Virus record (IMG/VR): IMGVR_UViG_3300049144_000024
Coordinates: 1 to 40,824 of that record
Length of the DNA stretch: 40,824 nt
Reading direction: 5' to 3' (one strand)
Origin: a virus
Taxonomy: Duplodnaviria > Caudoviricetes
In this document: positions 35,307-40,824 of the stretch, in pieces
Position numbering within the stretch: position 1 is the stretch's first letter
Layout: every line of letters begins with the position of its first letter
The notes under the pieces: generated by a model
Seen by the model: only the letters and a program-made list of their open reading frames with translations
Databases searched by the model: none
Told to the model about the DNA's origin: nothing
Position numbers and translations under genes: made by a program

Positions 35307-35541
35307 CTACGGCACCTCCCAGGACTATGAACGCGGCTACGACGACGGGGCTGACGAGACCAAGGGTCTCTATGACGACCTCGTCACTGCGTGTCGGGAT
35401 CTGCTCGCTCGCTGGGCTGAGAACAAGAACCTGACGCAACCAGCGCAAGCGATCCAGACGGCACTCGACAGCCTTCCCGAGGAAGGTCGCCTGTTCCAGG
35501 AGACGGGTCGCGAGGACGAGGAGGAGGGCGATGGCGACTAG
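35299..35541 (+). CDS. Acidic hypothetical protein, 80 aa
   Basis: GAGGAGG upstream. Confidence 0.7.
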   Translation: MSSYGTSQDYERGYDDGADETKGLYDDLVTACRDLLARWAENKNLTQPAQAIQTALDSLPEEGRLFQETGREDEEEGDGD

Positions 35542-35749
35542 CACCCGCGACACCCTCCTCGCTGCGTACGAGAAGGTCGTCGCAGCACGAACCCGGAAGG
35601 ACGAGCTGCGCCCAGCTCGTCTCCGGACCCTGAAAACCGATCCTGAATGGACGCAGGCCGTCGCCGACGAGCGACTGGCCACGGCTGCGTTCGAGCAGGC
35701 TGCAGAGGCTTATTGCCAGGAGGCAACCCATGCACACGTACACGGCTAA
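35531..35749 (+). CDS. Hypothetical protein, 72 aa
   Basis: GGAGG upstream. Confidence 0.7.
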   Translation: MATSTRDTLLAAYEKVVAARTRKDELRPARLRTLKTDPEWTQAVADERLATAAFEQAAEAYCQEATHAHVHG

Positions 35750-36098
35750 GACCACCGTCAGCAGCCAGATGATCGCCGACCAGATCGTGACCGCGATCGA
35801 AGGCGGCATCGGCTACTGGTGCGAGAACTGGAGCATCAAGACCCCGACCACCACGGCGCAGTTCGAGAGACCGGCGTACTCGGACCCCAAGCTCTACGAG
35901 GGCGACTTCAAGCTCGTCTTCAAGCCCTACGAGGACGAGCCCAAGGAGCTGACCCCGGAGACGATCCAGAAGGGTCTCGACTTCATGGCCGAGAAGTACC
36001 CGGACCACTTCGGCGACATGATGGCTGAGAACGGCGACGCCTCGACGGCCGACGTCTTCCTCCAGGCCTGCCTCTTCCAGGAGATCGTCTATGGCTGA
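35730..36098 (+). CDS. Phage hypothetical protein, 122 aa
   Basis: AGGAGG upstream; TAIEGGIGYW...DASTADVFLQ..LF.EIVYG. Confidence 0.8.
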   Translation: MHTYTAKTTVSSQMIADQIVTAIEGGIGYWCENWSIKTPTTTAQFERPAYSDPKLYEGDFKLVFKPYEDEPKELTPETIQKGLDFMAEKYPDHFGDMMAENGDASTADVFLQACLFQEIVYG

Positions 36099-36780
36099 GA
36101 CACTCACCGAGGCCTTCGGCTTCAAGGTCGGCCAGCGCGTCCGGATGCTCGTCGAGACGATGGGGTGCGACCACGAGAGCGAGGAGCACACCGTCCCGGC
36201 CGGCGCGATTGCCACGATCGACAGCATCGACCGCTACGACAATAACCAGGGCATCAACTTCACGGTGGTGATCCCCGTCCCGGGCAAGGACGACGAGTAC
36301 AACATCGTCAACTGCTTCGACGAGCTGGACGGCCTACCATCAAAATTTTTTGAGCCTGCGGAGGGTTCTGTGATCAAGAGCTACGTTTCCCCCACTGGAT
36401 CCCCGATCGTCGGCACTCTCGAACGCCTGCAGGGCATCGCCGCGATCAACGGCATCAAGGGTAATGGGGAGCCCGAGTACGCTGGGGAAACCGAGGTCCT
36501 TTGGGATGGACAAGTGCCCGAGCGCCGCGACGGTCAGCTCATTTACCTCGACGAACAGGGCTTAGAGTGGGCCTTCGGCCAGCTGGTCGAGAAGGAAATG
36601 TTCGCCAGGGGCATCGCGGCGGCGATCCCGAAACTCCTGCAGCTTCGCGAGTGGATCGAACGCTATGACGGGAAGATGGATGGCGACGATCTGGGGCACG
36701 GGTCTAGGCCGCCCGATGGCGACGACTACAACGCGCTCCACGCCGAGGTGATAGGGACGCTGAAGGAGATCCTGGGATGA
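36091..36780 (+). CDS. Hypothetical protein, 229 aa, possibly a fusion
   Basis: AGGAG upstream; internal GAGGG plus in-frame GTG at 36370. Confidence 0.7.
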   Translation: MAETLTEAFGFKVGQRVRMLVETMGCDHESEEHTVPAGAIATIDSIDRYDNNQGINFTVVIPVPGKDDEYNIVNCFDELDGLPSKFFEPAEGSVIKSYVSPTGSPIVGTLERLQGIAAINGIKGNGEPEYAGETEVLWDGQVPERRDGQLIYLDEQGLEWAFGQLVEKEMFARGIAAAIPKLLQLREWIERYDGKMDGDDLGHGSRPPDGDDYNALHAEVIGTLKEILG

Positions 36781-37040
36781 CCACTTTCATCAACGTGAAC
36801 CGGCACATCATCCAGGCGAACAAGAAGCACGGCCGGCAGGATCCGGCTCTGCGGGTGTCGACGGGCAAGTATGGGAAACCCGTCTATGCCCATCGAGTCC
36901 TTGTTCACGGACCGTCCGAGTTCATCTCGAATCCTGACGGCTCGCCGGTTCTGCCCTGCGGAGCAAGGATTGCGCTCAAGACCGAGTCCTTGGTCGAGCT
37001 GATTACAGACGCTCCAGTTCAGGGAATGGCCGCCAATTAA
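36777..37040 (+). CDS. Phage hypothetical protein, 87 aa
   Basis: ATGA overlap; INVNRH.I..NKK...YAH.V...GPS...LPCGAR. Confidence 0.75.
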   Translation: MTTFINVNRHIIQANKKHGRQDPALRVSTGKYGKPVYAHRVLVHGPSEFISNPDGSPVLPCGARIALKTESLVELITDAPVQGMAAN

Positions 37041-37374
37041 GGGGTAGTGCGCCCTCGCAAGTCGACGTCGTGACGTTCACTCGCGCGCTGTAATACTGAT
37101 TCGGGCCGACCACCCGGCCGGCCTTGAACACAAACGGATGCCGCTCCGCGCCGATGTATCCGCCGTAGGCATTCTTTGCATTCATCTCGACGCAGACCAG
37201 AACAGCGTCGTCTCCGAACGATACCGGAGCAGTAATCTTTGCGCCCCGAATAGAGTAGGGGTCACGCAAGTTCTGCTTCACCCACTCGATTACTGCCTGC
37301 TTCTCGTACGAAGTCTTGGCCTCTGCCTGCCCCAGCGACAGTAGAACTGCCGCTCCAATCATCAACGCTCTCAT
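37003..37374 (-). CDS. Secreted/periplasmic protein (moron-like), 123 aa
   Basis: Signal peptide MRALMIGAAVLLSLGQAEA; LRDPYS and VC..NAKNAYGGY.G motifs. Confidence 0.75.
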   Translation of the reverse strand: MRALMIGAAVLLSLGQAEAKTSYEKQAVIEWVKQNLRDPYSIRGAKITAPVSFGDDAVLVCVEMNAKNAYGGYIGAERHPFVFKAGRVVGPNQYYSARVNVTTSTCEGALPLNWRPFPELERL

Positions 37375-37391
37375 CAACTCAATCCTGCACG

Positions 37392-37421
37392 AAGGCCCGG
37401 TCACCCCGGGCCTTTTATTTT
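37392..37421 (+). terminator. Terminator hairpin
   Basis: AAGGCCCGG-TCACC-CCGGGCCTT-TTATTTT; near-identical inverted copy of the 20080 hairpin. Confidence 0.65.
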
Positions 37422-37431
37422 GGAGGTCACA

Positions 37432-38283
37432 ATGCGCTTCTATTTTACGGCGTTGTCACGAAATACCAAGACCGGTCCGATGCCTGTGGTTACTGCCTCG
37501 AAGGATTCGTGCCCCCCGACCTGCACGCTCCTCGGCAAAGGGTGCTATGCTGAGCAAGGTAAGCTTGGGTTATTCTGGGCTAAGATGTCACGCGGAGAAA
37601 TGCCAACATTAACCTTCGATGAATTGTTGACCCATATCCGTGCTCTTCCACGGAAACAAATTTGGCGATACGGACAGGCGGGGGATCTGCCGGATGATCC
37701 GAATCAGATCAGGGAATTAACAAATGCAAATCGAGGGCGTCCTGCCATAATCTATACCCACAAGCGCGATTTCCCCACTTATCGGGCCGCGCTTGAAAAA
37801 GGACTGGTTGTGAATTTGTCGGCCAACTCGATGGAGGAAGCCGACGCACTGGTGACTACAGGACTTCCCGTAGTGACGGTGCTGCCCTCCGAGTACCGGA
37901 GGGAGGAGGGTGAATCCCTTCGAGACTACCGAGACCGCCTGGGTGGGTCGCTGACACTGTCGACCCCCGAGGGAAACAAGATTGCTATCTGCCCAGAAGC
38001 GTACACCGACACAAACTGCCTGCTATGCCAGGCCTGCTCGAAAGTACGCCCAGGTGGCACGATCATTGGTTTCCCGGCTCATGGCGCTCGCAAGAGAACA
38101 GTGGACAAGAACATCGCCTTAGTAGGGGTACCGACCAGATGGGTCAGACATCAAGACGAAAAGCCGAACCAACCACCGAAATCGACGTCCTTCAGCTACT
38201 CGCTGATCTCGCTGAACAGCTCTCGATCGAAATGCTCTCCGAGTTCACAACAGAAGACTACCAGCACCTCGGCCATACAATGA
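37432..38283 (+). CDS. Cys-rich phage protein (Gp88/radical-SAM-like, tentative)
   Basis: GGAGG upstream; N.KTG, CPPTC-x6-CYA, AGDL, YTH, CP-x7-CLLCQAC, FPAHG. Confidence 0.6.
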   Translation: MRFYFTALSRNTKTGPMPVVTASKDSCPPTCTLLGKGCYAEQGKLGLFWAKMSRGEMPTLTFDELLTHIRALPRKQIWRYGQAGDLPDDPNQIRELTNANRGRPAIIYTHKRDFPTYRAALEKGLVVNLSANSMEEADALVTTGLPVVTVLPSEYRREEGESLRDYRDRLGGSLTLSTPEGNKIAICPEAYTDTNCLLCQACSKVRPGGTIIGFPAHGARKRTVDKNIALVGVPTRWVRHQDEKPNQPPKSTSFSYSLISLNSSRSKCSPSSQQKTTSTSAIQ

Positions 38284-38384
38284 CGAAGCTCCAGTCAACG
38301 GAGAAGGTCCTCGCCTCGGCCAACCGGGACATACCATTCCCGGTTCAACAGGTGTTGCAGAACTACCGCAGGGCCGCCCATTGA
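38139..38384 (+). CDS. Hypothetical protein, 81 aa
   Basis: AGGGG upstream; overlaps the low-complexity tail of the previous ORF. Confidence 0.5.
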   Translation: MGQTSRRKAEPTTEIDVLQLLADLAEQLSIEMLSEFTTEDYQHLGHTMTKLQSTEKVLASANRDIPFPVQQVLQNYRRAAH

Positions 38385-38425
38385 ATCAATGCTGCGACAA
38401 CCTGTCCAAGTAAGGGTCTCTGTGT

Positions 38426-38710
38426 ATGCCAATAAGAAAGGGGATCACCTCCTGCCAGATCCGGATGGCTCGGGCTGCGTTGAGGTGGAGTATTCAGAGG
38501 CTCTCCGACGAGACGGGCATCAGTGAACGGACAATAAGACGGCTAGAAGACTCATACGGTCCTCTCCAAAATACTACTGTCGAGGTAGTATCTCGTCTTG
38601 TCGGTATCTTCGAGCGGCACGGTTTCATTTTCCTCCCCGAGGACGGTAGTCCTGAAGGACCGGGGATCCGGTGGGGCAGTTACCCAGGGCGAGAGGTCGA
38701 TGTCCTATAA
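38426..38710 (+). CDS. XRE-family HTH transcriptional regulator
   Basis: IT..QIRMARAALRWS...LS...GIS..TI.RLE ... G..F...GPGIR. Confidence 0.88.
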   Translation: MPIRKGITSCQIRMARAALRWSIQRLSDETGISERTIRRLEDSYGPLQNTTVEVVSRLVGIFERHGFIFLPEDGSPEGPGIRWGSYPGREVDVL

Positions 38711-38918
38711 TCGGCCATCCGTGACCGAAATCTGATCGTTGACACCGGACTCGCGGCATGGTGAAGAGGTCGCCGTCCGGGAGACGTCGAGGCCCCTTGA
38801 AGGCTCCGCAGCCGCCCCAGGTCATCTAACAAAAAATGTGAACAAGACGAGAACATTCTTGATCGGGTGAGCCCGTCTGTGCGCAATAATCCGCTCAACG
38901 CAGTGGGGCTTTTCAAAA

Positions 38919-39260
38919 ATGGACTCGATGGTGTCAGTGCCGCTAATCCAAGTGGCGCAACGGATCGGCGTGTCTGAACGGGTGATCCTGTACTGGGCTC
39001 GCCACGGGCAGATCCCTGGGGCTTTCCAGGTTGGGTACAAGGAGTGGCACATTAGCCGCGCCGACCTTAACGCCTGGTTAAAGGAGCGGGGCGACATCGA
39101 GGAAGTCACGCCGCGTCAACCCTCTACGCTCGGGGTGTTCTTGGCGATGCTCTCTCTGCTCGTCCTGAGCACGCACCTGGTCCTGGAACACACCGGGCCG
39201 AACGCTTCACCCCCTACGATACACCTGTGTTGCTCACCGACTGCCAAGGAGGTTGCATGA
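38919..39260 (+). CDS. Excisionase-like (MerR/HTH_17) protein with a hydrophobic tail
   Basis: VAQRIGVSERVILYWARHGQIPGA...W. Confidence 0.7.
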   Translation: MDSMVSVPLIQVAQRIGVSERVILYWARHGQIPGAFQVGYKEWHISRADLNAWLKERGDIEEVTPRQPSTLGVFLAMLSLLVLSTHLVLEHTGPNASPPTIHLCCSPTAKEVA

Positions 39261-39619
39261 ACCCCGAATACATCAAGCTCTCGGCCGTCGCGAAGCGGCT
39301 CGGGGTGTCCCGTCGCGTCGTCTACTATTGGGCACGCCACGGCCAGCTCCCCGGAGCAATCCAGTTCGCCGGCACCTGGATCGTCCGGGTCGCCGATCTC
39401 GATGAGCACCTCGCAAAACTCCACATCACGCAGGGGGCTGAAACATGGTCCGCGTCTACACCCGAGCCGGAAGCCCGTACTGGCAGGCGGAAATCCTCGT
39501 CGGCGGAAAGCCAAAGCGCATCTCGACCGGGGTGCCTTCCGGCCCTCGGAACAAGAGAAAGGCTGTTGACGCCGCCGAGGCCGAGGAAGAGCGCCTCAAC
39601 GCGACCGCCGGCGTCCTAG
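39257..39619 (+). CDS. xis: Excisionase-like (HTH_17) protein overlapping the integrase start
   Basis: AAGGAGG upstream; VAKRLGVSRRVVYYWARHGQLPGA. Confidence 0.75.
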   Translation: MNPEYIKLSAVAKRLGVSRRVVYYWARHGQLPGAIQFAGTWIVRVADLDEHLAKLHITQGAETWSASTPEPEARTGRRKSSSAESQSASRPGCLPALGTRERLLTPPRPRKSASTRPPAS

Positions 39620-40527
39620 TCATTGACGCCGCCACGATGTGGCTGAACGACAGTCCGCTCAATCCGCGCTCCAAGCAGACCTATGACCTTCGGGTCCGGG
39701 CGATCCTGGAGTTCCGGCCTGACATCCGGCTGTCTGACATCACCCCGGCCTGGGTCCGCGCTTACATCAAGGACCGCAAGGCCGTGGTGCCCGACATCCG
39801 GGTGCGCAACGAGCTGACCGTGTTCTCCTCGCTGATGGAGTACGCGATCGAGACCGGCTTGGCGGGTGCGCCCGAGGTCAACCCGATGAAGCTGGTCTCG
39901 AAGAAGAAACTGCTGGCGGCCTACCAGCCGAAGCCGCGCTGGCTCAAGCCCGAGCAGGTCGCGGCTCTCATCGAGGCGGCCCCGAAGAAGTTCTGGAAGG
40001 ACTTCATCCTGCTCCTGGTGGACACCGGAATGAGGCGCACCGAGCTGGCGGAACTGACCTGGGACGAGGTCAACCTCAAGTTGGGGGTCATCACGCTGAG
40101 CCCCGACCGGGTGAAGACGAAGAAGGGTCGCGTCGTTGTGCTCTCCGACACAGCAATCCGCACACTCCAGGGCATTGCGCGACACCCCACTTCACCTTAC
40201 GTTTTCCACACCCCCCGCACTGGGGCGAAGCGGAAAGTTGCCTACAGCACCTGGCAGGCCATTGCCAAACGGGCAGGGGTGCCGGATGCAAGGATTCATG
40301 ATTTGCGTCATACGTTTGCGTCCCTGACCCGCCAGAGCGGCATGGCCAAGGACGACCGGAAATCGATCATGGGACACACGACGGAGGAGGCGCACGAAAT
40401 CTACTCGCACAGCGAGATCACTGTGCTCCGGGAGAGCATCAACCGGTTCGCTCCCAGCACACAGCTCGCACAAACTACTCAATTTCGGGGCATTCAGGGG
40501 GCGCAGGACGCCGAGAAGCCTAAGTAA
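39445..40527 (+). CDS. int: Tyrosine recombinase/integrase
   Basis: TGMRRTEL (R), VKTK (K), HDLRHTFAS (HxxR), MGH (H), IYSH (Y). Confidence 0.97.
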   Translation: MVRVYTRAGSPYWQAEILVGGKPKRISTGVPSGPRNKRKAVDAAEAEEERLNATAGVLVIDAATMWLNDSPLNPRSKQTYDLRVRAILEFRPDIRLSDITPAWVRAYIKDRKAVVPDIRVRNELTVFSSLMEYAIETGLAGAPEVNPMKLVSKKKLLAAYQPKPRWLKPEQVAALIEAAPKKFWKDFILLLVDTGMRRTELAELTWDEVNLKLGVITLSPDRVKTKKGRVVVLSDTAIRTLQGIARHPTSPYVFHTPRTGAKRKVAYSTWQAIAKRAGVPDARIHDLRHTFASLTRQSGMAKDDRKSIMGHTTEEAHEIYSHSEITVLRESINRFAPSTQLAQTTQFRGIQGAQDAEKPK

Positions 40528-40651
40528 AACAGGAACTTAAGAGGCACGCGAAAAATTGGGCTTCGATTGTCTAAATTGAGGCTAGGTTGCAGGGTGACAT
40601 CCTGCGCACTTTCGCAGTGCAGCAACGAACACTTGCCGAAGCGAGGGGTGG

Positions 40652-40824
40652 ATGGACAAGGTTTACAAGGATGCAAGCTCGGCCATAGCCGGGCTCATCA
40701 AGGACGGCATGACGATCATGGCCGGCGGGTTCGGCCTTTGCGGCATTCCCGAGGCGTTGATCGAGGCAATCCGTGATTCGGGGGCGAAGGACCTGACCTT
40801 CATCTCCAACAATGCCGGCGTCGA
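40652..40824 (+). CDS. scoA: 3-oxoacid CoA-transferase subunit A (partial)
   Basis: MDKVYKDA...DGMTIMAGGFGLCGIPEALI.AI...G.KDLT.ISNNAGV; GAGGGG upstream. Confidence 0.92.
   Translation, partial: MDKVYKDASSAIAGLIKDGMTIMAGGFGLCGIPEALIEAIRDSGAKDLTFISNNAGV

Larger units (their letters stand above)
1..40640. mobile_element. Temperate prophage (partial; continues beyond the left edge, right att not precisely located)
   Basis: Head-tail gene order, primase-helicase, accessory ORFs, xis/int at the right end, then a host-type metabolic gene. Confidence 0.93.

Overview
The window is about 40.6 kb of a temperate, probably siphovirus-type prophage. High GC and the flanking CoA-transferase gene suggest an alphaproteobacterial host; this is an inference. 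The minus strand (1-16.2 kb) carries the virion module: GpA-type large terminase, portal, protease/scaffold, decoration protein, major capsid, head-tail proteins, tail tube, a tail chaperone with a -1 frameshift signal, and a TP901-type tape measure gene that runs off the left edge. The plus strand carries a primase-polymerase/SF3 helicase (16.8-19.3 kb), then an approximately 18 kb accessory region of short, mostly unknown ORFs that includes an rIIA/rIIB-like pair, a bL12-domain protein and a KGG stress peptide. It ends with an XRE regulator, two excisionase-like genes, a tyrosine integrase and the 5' part of scoA. The main unexplained signals are: (i) eight copies of the palindrome CCAAAAATTTTTGG heading gene blocks between 20.7 and 28.0 kb; (ii) an approximately 340 nt hairpin-rich non-coding region containing an SD-led 4-codon minigene; (iii) an AACATCCCWWGG motif shared by three AT-rich intergenic regions; (iv) a GATC-free first accessory gene; (v) an inverted lytic-transglycosylase-like fragment at the left edge. 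All family assignments come from motif recognition by eye; no searches were run.
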